Of a stretch of 59,018 nucleotides of DNA, positions 44,669 to 54,900 are shown piece after piece. The notes beneath the pieces are model-generated. The model did no database searches. It saw only the letters and a list, made by a program, of their open reading frames with translations, and had not been told where the DNA came from. A program made the position numbers and the translations under genes. This DNA is from an uncultured Bacteroidales bacterium (GTDB lineage: Bacteria > Bacteroidota > Bacteroidia > Bacteroidales > CAIXZF01). The stretch is from the NCBI GenBank assembly GCA_903923925.1, contig CAIXZF010000070.1, forward strand, positions 1 to 59,018, written 5' to 3'. Each line of letters begins with the position of its first letter. Position 1 is the stretch's first letter.

Positions 44669-46621
44669 ATGAAAACAATTACAGTGTTATATTTCAGTAT
44701 ATTCCTGGTGTTGCAGATAGCTAACGGGCAAACAATAAGCTACGCCACCAGCAATTCTCCGGTCTGTGCTGGTTCCACAATAGAACTGAAGGCTGCATGT
44801 GGTCAATCCTTCGTCTGGACAGCACCAAATGGCTGGACATCAACCCAGCAAAACCTGACAATAACCAATATGCAAATGGCGAATGCCGGAACCTACAACC
44901 TCACGATGTGGGATAATGAAGGGGTTATTCATAGTGCATCGGTTGTTGTTGTGGTAAACCCAATTCCGGTGGCGAATGCAGGTATGGATGTTAATTGCAG
45001 TTGTGGCTTCGGGTGTCCCTTATCCGGTTCTGCCAGCGGAGGAGCAGGTGGTCCATATAATTTTCACTGGGATCCTGCTGAAGAACTGGTCAATGCAAAT
45101 GTTCAGAATCCATTAACAGTATGGTCAACTACAGCAACGAAATTTTATCTTACTGTTATTGAACAGTCTACAGGTTGTTCCAGTCGTAAGGATTCTGCCA
45201 ATGTTAATATTTATGGCTGTATTGGTTGTTCGGTGTCCTCTATTCCTTCGGAAATCTGCCAGGGAGGGTTTGCACATATTAAGACACAACTCTTTTTTGA
45301 TACTATTGATCATATATATAATTGGACTTCAAATCCGCCGGGTGTTGTATCTTCATATGCCGAGTTTAATGTGAATCCAACAGTAACAACCACTTATTAC
45401 CTGGAAACACATTCAAGTTGGTTTGAGTTTTACCATGCCTACGACACTGTAACTGTTACAGTATTAAATACTGCACCTCAATACATTGGCGGGATAAGCG
45501 GTCCTGAGACGGTCTGTAAAGGATTAAGGAGCATTCAATACAGTGTACAGCCAGTACCTGATGCAAGTTCTTATCAATGGTCGCTTCCTGCAGGTGTTAC
45601 AGGCCAGAGCACTACAAGCACAATCACTGTAGATGTCGGGCAGGATGCGGTCTCAGGAAATATAGGTGTTGCAGCACAGAATGCCTGTGGTTTGAGCCCG
45701 GGATCAACAAAAGCGATTACTTTTAATACTTGTCCTGTAGAAGTGAAGCTGGATACATTTATTTCATGCGTGGGAAATCAGGTTATTGTACCAGTTAAGG
45801 TGAAGAATTTCAGGGATATCGGGAAGTTTTCGCTCTCCTTAAATTATGATTCAGCCAAAGTATCGTTTACTGCGTATCAAAGTATAAACGCAGGTATTGA
45901 GCCATTATCAGTTACAAATACAGCCGGAATTCCTTCAACGATAAGCATATCATCCACTACTCCTTTCGGGTCATTAATAAGCGACGGGGAACAGCTTGTC
46001 AATCTTGTTTTTACCTGTAAAAATGGGCTTGCCCCACTTGTCTGGAGCACTACAGCACTCTTCAATTCAACGTTTTACAGTCCCTGTGGCGAGCTTTTGC
46101 CAGCCACATTAATAAACGGATTGCTTAGGAGCGGAGTTCAGTTGTTTGGGATTGTCCGATATAACAATGTGGTCAATTCACCACTTCACAGTGTTAACGT
46201 TACATTAAAACAAAACGGAGTAATTAAGGGAGAGGTCGTTACAGATCAGAATGGGCTTTACAGCTTTCCGGATGTTTGTCCGGGAAATTATACCGTACAG
46301 GCACACAGCACTCAGCCATGGGGTGGATGCAACTCCATCGATGCCCTGCTTATCCTCAAACATTTTGTTGAAGTTGCCCTGTTGGATGGCTTGTCTTTAC
46401 AAGCTGCTGAAACAGATAATTCTGGCTACATTAACAGTGCTGATGCATTATTGGTATTAAAACGGTTTACTGGCTTAAGCAGTTCTTTCCCGGCAGGAGA
46501 TTGGGTGTTTGAAGAGAAAGCCTTTACAGTGCCATTTAATGGAAATTCACAGATAGATCTCAAGGGACTCTGCAAAGGAGATGTAAACGGATCGTTTGTA
46601 CCGGAAGTTGGTAATCCGTGA
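44669..46621 (+). CDS. Secreted protein with PKD-like domains, a cohesin-like module, a carboxypeptidase-regulatory-like beta-sandwich and a C-terminal dockerin-like module. No T9SS CTD.
   Basis: The ATG at 44669 gives the signal peptide 'MKTITVLYFSIFLVLQIANGQ'; the ORF-track start at 44627 lies inside the palindrome. Cohesin-like region 'VGNQVIVPVKVKNFRDIGKFSLSLNYDSAKVSFTA'. Dockerin-like region 'CNSIDALLILKHFVEV...ETDNSGYINSADALLVLKRFTGL'. Confidence 0.75.
   Translation: MKTITVLYFSIFLVLQIANGQTISYATSNSPVCAGSTIELKAACGQSFVWTAPNGWTSTQQNLTITNMQMANAGTYNLTMWDNEGVIHSASVVVVVNPIPVANAGMDVNCSCGFGCPLSGSASGGAGGPYNFHWDPAEELVNANVQNPLTVWSTTATKFYLTVIEQSTGCSSRKDSANVNIYGCIGCSVSSIPSEICQGGFAHIKTQLFFDTIDHIYNWTSNPPGVVSSYAEFNVNPTVTTTYYLETHSSWFEFYHAYDTVTVTVLNTAPQYIGGISGPETVCKGLRSIQYSVQPVPDASSYQWSLPAGVTGQSTTSTITVDVGQDAVSGNIGVAAQNACGLSPGSTKAITFNTCPVEVKLDTFISCVGNQVIVPVKVKNFRDIGKFSLSLNYDSAKVSFTAYQSINAGIEPLSVTNTAGIPSTISISSTTPFGSLISDGEQLVNLVFTCKNGLAPLVWSTTALFNSTFYSPCGELLPATLINGLLRSGVQLFGIVRYNNVVNSPLHSVNVTLKQNGVIKGEVVTDQNGLYSFPDVCPGNYTVQAHSTQPWGGCNSIDALLILKHFVEVALLDGLSLQAAETDNSGYINSADALLVLKRFTGLSSSFPAGDWVFEEKAFTVPFNGNSQIDLKGLCKGDVNGSFVPEVGNP
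46328..46507 (+). other. Dockerin-like module with two F-hand-like repeats
   Basis: 'NSIDALLILKHFV' and 'TDNSGYINSADALLVLKRF'. The second repeat retains the D-N-G-N-D Ca-loop spacing. Confidence 0.5.
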
Positions 46622-46755
46622 GTTTGAAGCAACAAATTCAGGCGTTTGTGCCAAAGCAAATCGTAATGTAACAATTTACCAGTTTATCAATAAATCAATG
46701 TAATAATGTACTAATTTATCAATGTTCTTGCCTGGTAAAAAGCTATAATGCCATA

Positions 46756-49700
46756 TTATCTCATCAATGTAACCGAACCTTTTTCCATATTTCGTCTGAA
46801 GTGGGAATCTGTTCCTTCGCCTTCCCAGGAAATCACGTAAACATACACTCCTGCCGGACATTCCTGCCCATTTTTTGTACCATCCCAGCCCTCGTTAATG
46901 TTCTCTGAAGAAAACATAAGTGCTCCCCAGCGATCATAAATATTCATGTTAAACCTGATCAGATCTGTAGAGGCTTTTGCAGAGAAAATATCGTTTACGC
47001 CATTGCTGTTTGGTGTAAACGCGCTTGGAATCCAGATATTTGTACAGGATTTAATAAAGATAGAATCATAAACTGTGCAACCATCATTACCAACGGCTAC
47101 CCAATACAATCCAGGTTCATTGATGGTAATTCTATTGGTGGTTTCTCCATTCGACCATATACAAAATGTACTGTCGTTGAATCCGGCATTCAGTACTAAT
47201 ACATCGCCCAGGCAAATATAGCCTGTGTCATATAAACTCACAACAGGAGTCAGTACCACATTGATATCCACTGATTTTGTTGAAATACACCCTTCTGTGG
47301 AAGTACCGGTAACAGTGTAAGTAGAATTAAACTTAGGAGTGGCAATTACAGTCGGACCAAAACCCGCTGATAATCCTTTTATCGGAAACCATTGATAGCT
47401 GGCAGCTCCTGTTGCACTAAGGTTTACCGATGAATCAGCACAAATATGCGGATTGGCTGGTGTAATACCGATGACAGGCAGCGGATTAACACTAACATTT
47501 ACACTGTCGTTGTTTGAGCAGCCGTTTTCATTTGTAACAGTAACATAATACATTGTAGTTATCAAGGGCGACACCATAGTGGAGTCAATATTCTCACCAT
47601 TGCTCCATAAATACATATCGCCTCCTGAGGCAACAAGTTCCACAGAATCTCCAATACAGATTGTTTTATTTCCACCTGCATCAACAATTGGTTTAATATT
47701 TACAGTAACTTTAAGTGTATCAGTGTCTGTACATCCATTTACAGTAACAGTAACTATATATGTTGTTGTTACTTCAGGGTAAACATAAGGGTCGGGAATA
47801 TTAACAGCACTTAAACCTAAGGGAGGTCCCCATGCATAAAGGCCGCCACCACCAGCGCTTAGTTGTGCTGTATCGCCCAGACATACAACAATGTCGCCTC
47901 CTGCAGTGGCAGTCGGAATTGGAATAACGGATATTGAAAACAACATATCAGGACCAATACAGCCACTTGCCACAGGAGTAACAGTAATAACTCCAACCAT
48001 TGGACTGCTTGTGTTATTAGCGGCCACAAAAGCGTTAATATCACCCATTCCATACGCTGGTAACCCGATGAATGTCATGCTGTTCGACCAGTTAAAAACC
48101 GTTCCGGCAACTCCGCTGGTAAACGATATAAGGTTCGTAAGACTCCCTTTGCATACAGTGTCATTTGGTACTGAATCAACCTTTGGTGAAGGCTTAACGG
48201 TTATGGTATAAACCTTGTTACTTCCGGAACATGCGTTTACATGAGGTGTAACAGTTATAGTGGCTATCTGTACCGTATCCGAAGTATTTATCGCATTAAA
48301 GGCCGGAATGTTTCCTGTGCCTGTACCTGCTATTCCAATTGTAGGAACGCTGTTAGTCCATGCGAAAGTTGTTCCGTTTGTAAGTCCTGTAAAAATCTGA
48401 GCTGGAATCAAAGCACCATTGCATACAGTAACATTGTTCATCGAACCCATTGCAGGTGTTGGGGTCACAGTTATAGTAAACGTCATAACCTGCCCGTTGC
48501 AGCTGTTGGCAGAAGGAGTAACTGTTATTGTTGCTGTTATTGCCGAGGCTGTGGTATTTACTGCCGTAAATGCAGCAATACTTCCACTTCCGCTGGCTGC
48601 AAGCCCGATTGTTGGATTCGTATTAGTCCAGTTAAATGTAGTGCCGGTAACAGTTCCTGTAAAATTGAATGGTCCGGCACTTTCGCTGTTGCAATTACTC
48701 AGATTAGTGATTGTATTTACGTTTGCCTGTGGAATAATACTATAAACAAAGTTAACAACTGTTCCCTGGCATGTTCCGTAATTCGGTGTTACATGACAAG
48801 TGTCAATAGCTATCGCATTCGTATTGTTGATGGTCGTAAATTGCGCAATATTCCCTGTTCCGCTTGCAGCAATACCAATAGTAGTGTTATTGTTCGTCCA
48901 TGTATATGTTGAACCGGGAACACTACTTGTGAAATTTACCTGATTACTCAGATTCCCGCCGCATATGCTTTGATTTGTGATAGCATTAACTGCAGGTGTT
49001 GGATTAATTGTTATCGTGAAAGTCTTAATTGTTCCCGTACAAGCGTTTGATGTTGGGGTTACTGAAATTGTTGATGTTATTGGAGCTGCTCCGGAATTAT
49101 TTGCAGTGAAAGATGCAATATTCCCATTTCCATTTGCTGCCAGCCCGATGTTTGGATTGCTGCTTGTCCATGAAAATGTTGTTCCCGCCAGTGGTCCGGT
49201 AAAATTAATTGCTGCAGTCGAACTGCCATTACAGAATGTCTGGTTCGGAATTGTATTTACAATTGGTAAAGGATTTACAGTGTAGGTAAATGTTGATGTG
49301 GTTCCGTTGCATCCTCCTGCATGTGGTGTCAAAGTAATAGTAGCTACAACCTGTACAGCCGATGTATTTGCTGCTGAGAATGCTGCAATATTTCCGGTTC
49401 CTGAAGCACCAAGTCCTATGGATGTTGTACTATTCGTCCAGGTGAAGGTTGATCCGCTTATTGCGCTGGTAAACACAATAGGAGTGGTGAGACTGCCGGT
49501 ACATGCACTTTGATTTGTAATTGGATTAACAACTGGTTTTGGATTGATAGTGAAAGTAAATGTCTTTGGTGTGCCATCACAAGCATTTGCGAATGGCGTT
49601 ACTGTAATTGTAGCAACTATAATTGCACTAGTAGTATTTACAGGTGTGAAGGAGGCAATATTTCCTGTTCCTGTTGCTGCCAGACCTATTGTTGGATCAC

Positions 49701-51885
49701 TGTTTGTCCAGGTGAAAGTACTCCCGGTAACCGGCCCTGTGAAGCTAACAGCAGTTGTTGCTGCACCATGGCATCTGGTCTGGTTGTTTATTGTTGTTAC
49801 GGTTGGTGTTGGATTAACCTTGATGGTGAAAGTGCTGCTGCTGCCATTGCAACCATTTGCATGAGGCACAACTGTTATTGTTGAGGTAACAGAGGCAGTT
49901 GTCGCGTTAATCGCTTGAAAAACTGCAATGTTACCTGTACCTGACGAGCCTAATCCTATACTTGATGTAGTGTTGGTCCATGTAAACGTTGAACCGGCAA
50001 CTGGCCCTGTTAATGTTATTAAGGCAGTTGAATCATGGTCGCAAATAACTTGCCCAGTTACTGCTGTAAGGGTTGGCGTGGGATTTACTGTAATTGTAAA
50101 TGTTATTGGAGTCCCACTGCAGCCGTTTTTAGCAGGTGTAACTGTAATTGTTGCAACCAGCGGAGCAGAAGTTGTATTTGTAGTTGCAAAAGCACCAATA
50201 TTACCTGTGCCGCTTGCAGCTAACCCGATAGCTGGTGTGCTGTTCGTCCATGTATATGTTGTGCTTGTTAAAGATCCTGAAAATGAAATGGCAGAAGTAT
50301 TTGTACCCTTACATTTTGTTTGATTGCTTACTGTGTTAACTGTTGGAGTGGGTCTGATACTGATTATAATTACAACAGGTGTTCCCGTACAGATGCTGGC
50401 ATGAGGTGTAATTGTTATTGTTGCGGAGAGATTTGTACTACCACTGTTCACAGGCGTAAACGCAGGAATATTACCTGTTCCGCTTGCTGGCAGACCTATT
50501 GCCGGATTGCTGTTTGTCCATGTGAAAATAGTTCCACCTACAGGACTGGTAAATGTAATAGGGTCCGTAAGAATTCCATGGCAAAATGGTCCCGGACTGG
50601 CTGGATTAACTGTTACTGAAGGGATTCCACCAACATAAACCTGCTGACACATAACAGATTGTGTAGCTAAGCCTTCATTAACAATAAGATTGATATTGTA
50701 AGTTCCTGGAGCATTATAGGAAATAGCCGGCGGATTCTGAAGGTTGGATGAGGGAATAAGCGCATTTGTACAAGTTGGAAAACTTAACCTTGAAATAGTG
50801 CTGCTGCCTACATTTGCAACTAATGCAAATAAGGTATCACCCTCTCTGTATATTTCAGAAATATTATGAGGGAAACCAAAAGCGGCAATATTGCCTAATG
50901 ATGCACCACTTGGAATACTTGTAATTCCGGAAGGGAAAGTCAACCTTACAATATCATCAACCGGACTTTCATTCACAACAAAGGCAATTGTTTGTCCGCA
51001 GTCGCGAAGAATAGTGATAGAGCGTGGATACTGAAGCGTATTTTGTGGATTTCCGATTGAAATGCCACTAGTAGGATTATTTAAAAGACTTGATCCGAAA
51101 TCGATTCTGCAAATCGTGCTGTTGTTGCGGTTCACAACAAAAACATACCAGCTCCCATTTTCCTGAATCGGAAAGAAACCAACCGGCTGATTCATTAATC
51201 CACCGATATTGCCAAGATCTACTCCGGTAGGAGTGTTGGCAAGACTATTCCCGAAACTTAATCTGACTAATGTGCTGGTGTTGTTATTTCCAACCAGTGT
51301 ATACCAATTCCCGTTTTCCTGCCAGGTATATAAACTGTGCGGATAATTTAAAACTGAACTGATATTACCAAGATCTTCAGCTACCGGAACATTCGCCAGG
51401 CTGTTGCCAAAATCCAGACGATACATATTGTAATTCTGCATACCACCGGCAATCAATCCATACCAATGGCCATTATCATTCTTTACCTGTATTCCCTCAA
51501 TCTTAGGATTCATGATTCCAAGATTTCCCAGATCTGTTGAAACAGGTGTATTTGAAAAACTATTGCCGTATGAATTAACAGTTAACCCGGCACTGAAATG
51601 ATTGGTAACAAATGAATAGTGACTTGTATTATCCTTTGCAAGAGTGATATAAACCGGACCAACGAGGTTTCCAAGGTTTCCAAGATTCTGGCCATTTGGA
51701 GTATTCGACAAATTTCCTGAACAGAAATTCCAATAATATGTACTCCCGTTTGTGGATGTATTCTGAATATTAAAAACCTGGTTTACACAAACAGTGTCTG
51801 GAATATTGAAATTGGCAGTTACCTGTCCAAAATTTTCAGAAAGAATGAAAACTAACCCGATTATCAAAAATATCAATCTCTTCAT
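46756..51885 (-). CDS. SprB-like giant cell-surface adhesin. About 13 tandem near-identical ~88-aa Ig-like repeats and a T9SS type B C-terminal domain.
   Basis: The ATG at 51885 gives the signal peptide 'MKRLIFLIIGLVFILSENFGQ'; the ORF-track start at 51939 is a TTG. Repeat unit 'TPTVNTVSNQTKCKGTNTSAISFSGSLTSTTYTWTNSTPAIGLAASGTGNIGAFATTNTTSAPLVATITVTP..GC.GT..TFTITVNP'. C-terminus 'IWIPSAFTPNSNGVNDIFSAK...NMNIYDRWGALMFSS...GVYVYVISWEG' matches the type B (gliding-motility-associated) CTD pattern. Confidence 0.8.
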   Translation of the reverse strand: MKRLIFLIIGLVFILSENFGQVTANFNIPDTVCVNQVFNIQNTSTNGSTYYWNFCSGNLSNTPNGQNLGNLGNLVGPVYITLAKDNTSHYSFVTNHFSAGLTVNSYGNSFSNTPVSTDLGNLGIMNPKIEGIQVKNDNGHWYGLIAGGMQNYNMYRLDFGNSLANVPVAEDLGNISSVLNYPHSLYTWQENGNWYTLVGNNNTSTLVRLSFGNSLANTPTGVDLGNIGGLMNQPVGFFPIQENGSWYVFVVNRNNSTICRIDFGSSLLNNPTSGISIGNPQNTLQYPRSITILRDCGQTIAFVVNESPVDDIVRLTFPSGITSIPSGASLGNIAAFGFPHNISEIYREGDTLFALVANVGSSTISRLSFPTCTNALIPSSNLQNPPAISYNAPGTYNINLIVNEGLATQSVMCQQVYVGGIPSVTVNPASPGPFCHGILTDPITFTSPVGGTIFTWTNSNPAIGLPASGTGNIPAFTPVNSGSTNLSATITITPHASICTGTPVVIIISIRPTPTVNTVSNQTKCKGTNTSAISFSGSLTSTTYTWTNSTPAIGLAASGTGNIGAFATTNTTSAPLVATITVTPAKNGCSGTPITFTITVNPTPTLTAVTGQVICDHDSTALITLTGPVAGSTFTWTNTTSSIGLGSSGTGNIAVFQAINATTASVTSTITVVPHANGCNGSSSTFTIKVNPTPTVTTINNQTRCHGAATTAVSFTGPVTGSTFTWTNSDPTIGLAATGTGNIASFTPVNTTSAIIVATITVTPFANACDGTPKTFTFTINPKPVVNPITNQSACTGSLTTPIVFTSAISGSTFTWTNSTTSIGLGASGTGNIAAFSAANTSAVQVVATITLTPHAGGCNGTTSTFTYTVNPLPIVNTIPNQTFCNGSSTAAINFTGPLAGTTFSWTSSNPNIGLAANGNGNIASFTANNSGAAPITSTISVTPTSNACTGTIKTFTITINPTPAVNAITNQSICGGNLSNQVNFTSSVPGSTYTWTNNNTTIGIAASGTGNIAQFTTINNTNAIAIDTCHVTPNYGTCQGTVVNFVYSIIPQANVNTITNLSNCNSESAGPFNFTGTVTGTTFNWTNTNPTIGLAASGSGSIAAFTAVNTTASAITATITVTPSANSCNGQVMTFTITVTPTPAMGSMNNVTVCNGALIPAQIFTGLTNGTTFAWTNSVPTIGIAGTGTGNIPAFNAINTSDTVQIATITVTPHVNACSGSNKVYTITVKPSPKVDSVPNDTVCKGSLTNLISFTSGVAGTVFNWSNSMTFIGLPAYGMGDINAFVAANNTSSPMVGVITVTPVASGCIGPDMLFSISVIPIPTATAGGDIVVCLGDTAQLSAGGGGLYAWGPPLGLSAVNIPDPYVYPEVTTTYIVTVTVNGCTDTDTLKVTVNIKPIVDAGGNKTICIGDSVELVASGGDMYLWSNGENIDSTMVSPLITTMYYVTVTNENGCSNNDSVNVSVNPLPVIGITPANPHICADSSVNLSATGAASYQWFPIKGLSAGFGPTVIATPKFNSTYTVTGTSTEGCISTKSVDINVVLTPVVSLYDTGYICLGDVLVLNAGFNDSTFCIWSNGETTNRITINEPGLYWVAVGNDGCTVYDSIFIKSCTNIWIPSAFTPNSNGVNDIFSAKASTDLIRFNMNIYDRWGALMFSSENINEGWDGTKNGQECPAGVYVYVISWEGEGTDSHFRRNMEKGSVTLMR
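48150..50650. repeat. Intragenic tandem DNA repeats, ~264 bp x ~9-13 copies, encoding the Ig-like repeat array
   Basis: The periodic near-identical protein repeats are also seen as a stack of spurious plus-strand ORFs at 47891-50619. Confidence 0.7.
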
Positions 51886-51941
51886 CTGGTAACAACTAAG
51901 TGTGGTTTGTGCTATTGGGAGTAAGGGCAATGTTAACAATA

Positions 51942-51965
51942 CGCCTGCTCAATAAAGAGCAGGCG
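51942..51965 (-). terminator. Hairpin CGCCTGCTC-AATAAA-GAGCAGGCG between two giant minus-strand genes
   Basis: Perfect 9-bp stem with a 6-nt loop. Lies 14 nt downstream, on the minus strand, of the stop of 51979..56910. The minus-strand tail is 'TATTGTT'. Confidence 0.4.
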
Positions 51966-51978
51966 CAGTATTAAGGAG

Positions 51979-54900
51979 TTATTTTTTAACAATCTTCTGA
52001 GTTAGTACATTATTTTCATCTTTCAGCATCAGGCAATAAACACCGGGATCAAGATTTTCCAGATCAAGAGTTAATCCCTGAATGTTCAGGAGATTCTTCT
52101 GAATTACCTGTTTTCCAAGTGCATCCAGCATGATAAGTTCGCCATTCTGTATTGTTCTTCCGAATTCAACCCTCAGGCTTGATGTGGCTGGATTTGGGTA
52201 TGAAACCATATAATTACCGGTTTCATGGTTCTCAATACCAACAGTTATAGGTGGTATAAGCATCACAGAGTCAACTTCAGCCTTGTCGCCATTGCCACCA
52301 GTACCTGTTGCATCACTGTATTTACAGGAGGATTGCAGACTGATACGGAATGGAGTTCCCAGGTATTGGGTAAGAACAAATACCTTGTAAACAAATGGAT
52401 CACCGGTGCCGGTTGCAGGGTTGAAATCAGTAACACCTGCAGTGTCGGCTAGCTGAGTAGTCTCATTCAGCATAACCCTGAACCATGAATACAAGGCACC
52501 TGTTGAGTAGGTCTGACGTAAAGCAAGTTTTAACCATAACCCAGCAGAACTGCTTACAGAAATATCGCAGGTTGAAGCAGTTGCAATATGGTCAATATAA
52601 CCCCATGCCTGTGCTGCAGTAGTATTTCCACTGGTTCCACCTGGCCATGTTCCTGCAACATTTCCTGTAAACTGCAGGCCTGTTGAACCGTTTAAACCAA
52701 TAGCAGGGACAACAGCAACAGCTGAATTTGTTCCGTTTGCAAGTGCGAAGTAATCGTTTGTTACCTCAAAGGTTTCTGTAAATGGTAAAGAACTTATTGA
52801 TGGCAGTTCAGACAATGTGTAAGTAACCATGTTATTAGTAAGAGTAGGGTCGTTTGCAAGGAAGGTTTTAGCAACGCAGGAGAATGGTCCGCCTGCACTC
52901 AGGTTTGCAGTTTGTGTGAATGTAAAATCGTATTGTGTTCCTGGTGCAATGGTAGCATGTATGGTATCGTGAACTAATGTAGTTCCACCATTAACACTAT
53001 AGGCAACGGGAAGATCTGTAATAGCCATTTGTCCGCTGTTCTTCACCCTGATAACGATAGGTTCAGCATTAGTAAAACCACAGGAGGTCTTTGGTGATAA
53101 CCACTCAAGACACTCTGCATCAGCGGTTGCTTCTTTAATCTCGAAATCATCAACAGCAAAACCTTCACTGTTGTTTACCTGATTCGACTGGAAACGGAAC
53201 CTGAAACTTACTTTTGCTTTACCAGCTAAACTTGGCAAACCTGTTCCAACCTGAACCCAGCCATTGCTGTTTCCACTCCACTTTGGTGGGGCTACCGGAA
53301 GCTGTGCTGAATAATTATTGTAAAATAGAGTGTCAGCCTGTACTTTATACCAGGTGCTGTCATTTACAGATACTTCCATTACCATCGCATCAAAATTAGC
53401 GACCATAACAAAGTTTAACCAAACAGAAAGGTAAGGATTAACCAATCCTGTAAAATTATAGCATGGTGAAGCCAGCCACATATCTGAATTTGGAGAAAAT
53501 GCGTTAGTAAGTCCTGTTATCCAGGCATTAACTCCGCTATGTGCCGTGTTAATAGTAGCTTTGGCCGGTGTTCCAAGTTCCCAGTTATTTGTGCCTGCAA
53601 TAGCAGCTGTAGTCCAGCCTGTAAATGAAGTACCTTCAAAATCCTGAAGATGAGGGTAGGTTGAAATGTAAGGTACAGTTGAAACTGTTCTTTTTGTTGT
53701 ATCATTTGTTGGATAAGGGTCGTTAAGCAGGTTAGTTGCAACTGTTATCACATGTGCACCAGGAGCACTTAAATCGAGCCCGCCTGTAAATGTATAAGTT
53801 GCTGTACTATCTGGTAATATTGTTCCGGTAAAGGTTTCAGAAATCCATACACCATTGTCAGCTTGAGTACTTACGTTAAAATCTACAGCTGGATTTGTTC
53901 CATTATTTTTAATGGTGAAGGTGATGTGCTCTGTAGTTCCTAATCCGCAACCAGAAGTTGGCGAAGTAATTGCAACTGCTGCAACTTCCTGTGCTGGTTT
54001 CTCTGCGATAATAAAATTGTCAATGAAAGCATTGTCGCCTAATGCGTAAGCACCACCTGGTGAATATTTACAAGCTGATTCCAGAGTTACCTTGAATTGG
54101 GTATTCGCATAGGCTGATAAGTCAAAAACCTGTGTAGCGTAAGCATCTGTTGTGGCTGTTACAGGATTGAAATTGGTAATACCACTCTCAGTGGGCACAG
54201 CAATAGTGTCATTAATTAATACCCTGAAAAAAGAATAACGAGGGCCACCATTTGTAATATTAATCTGGCGAAGGTCAATTTTTAATTGAGGATGATTGAG
54301 GTTGGTTGCATCCACCATACAGGTGGCTGCTTTGCCAAGATGGTCAGCATAGCCAAACGCCTGAGCTGCAGTTGTGTTATTTCCACTGCCAGCAGGCCAT
54401 GTTCCTGCAACTGCTCCACCGGTCATACGTAAACCATGCGAATTGTTAACACCAATAGCGGTATCAACCAATACTGATGCGTTTGTAGCTCCTTCAACGC
54501 TCATGTAATTAGTGTAACCCAATTCAAAATCTTCGAGGAATGGGAAGGTATTAATTACAGTTAAGTTTGAAATTACCTTTGAAAGTGTATCATTCAAAGG
54601 ATTATTGTCATTTGCATATGCAGTGTAAAACTTAAGTGCATGACCACCCATTGCGGATAGATCAATTGCATTGGAAAATGTGTAATTGTAAGTTTCACCG
54701 GCATTGAGCGTAACAAAAGCTGTTTCAGAAACGGTATTACCATTATTATCATTAAAATAAACAGGAATATCACTTATTGGAACATAGCCATTATTTCTGA
54801 TCACAATTTGTGCAACCTCATTACTTGTTAGTCCGCAGCCAGAAGCCGGAGTGATAATACTCGCAACAGAAGCATCTGGCTTTGCAAGGTCGATATTTAC

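Noticed and set aside
47579-50619. Stack of plus-strand ORFs (67-223 aa) antisense to the SprB-like gene
   Set aside because: They lie entirely within the tandem-repeat array of the minus-strand gene. The low-complexity Thr/Gly/Asn codon periodicity keeps the opposite strand open. There are no independent signals for these ORFs.
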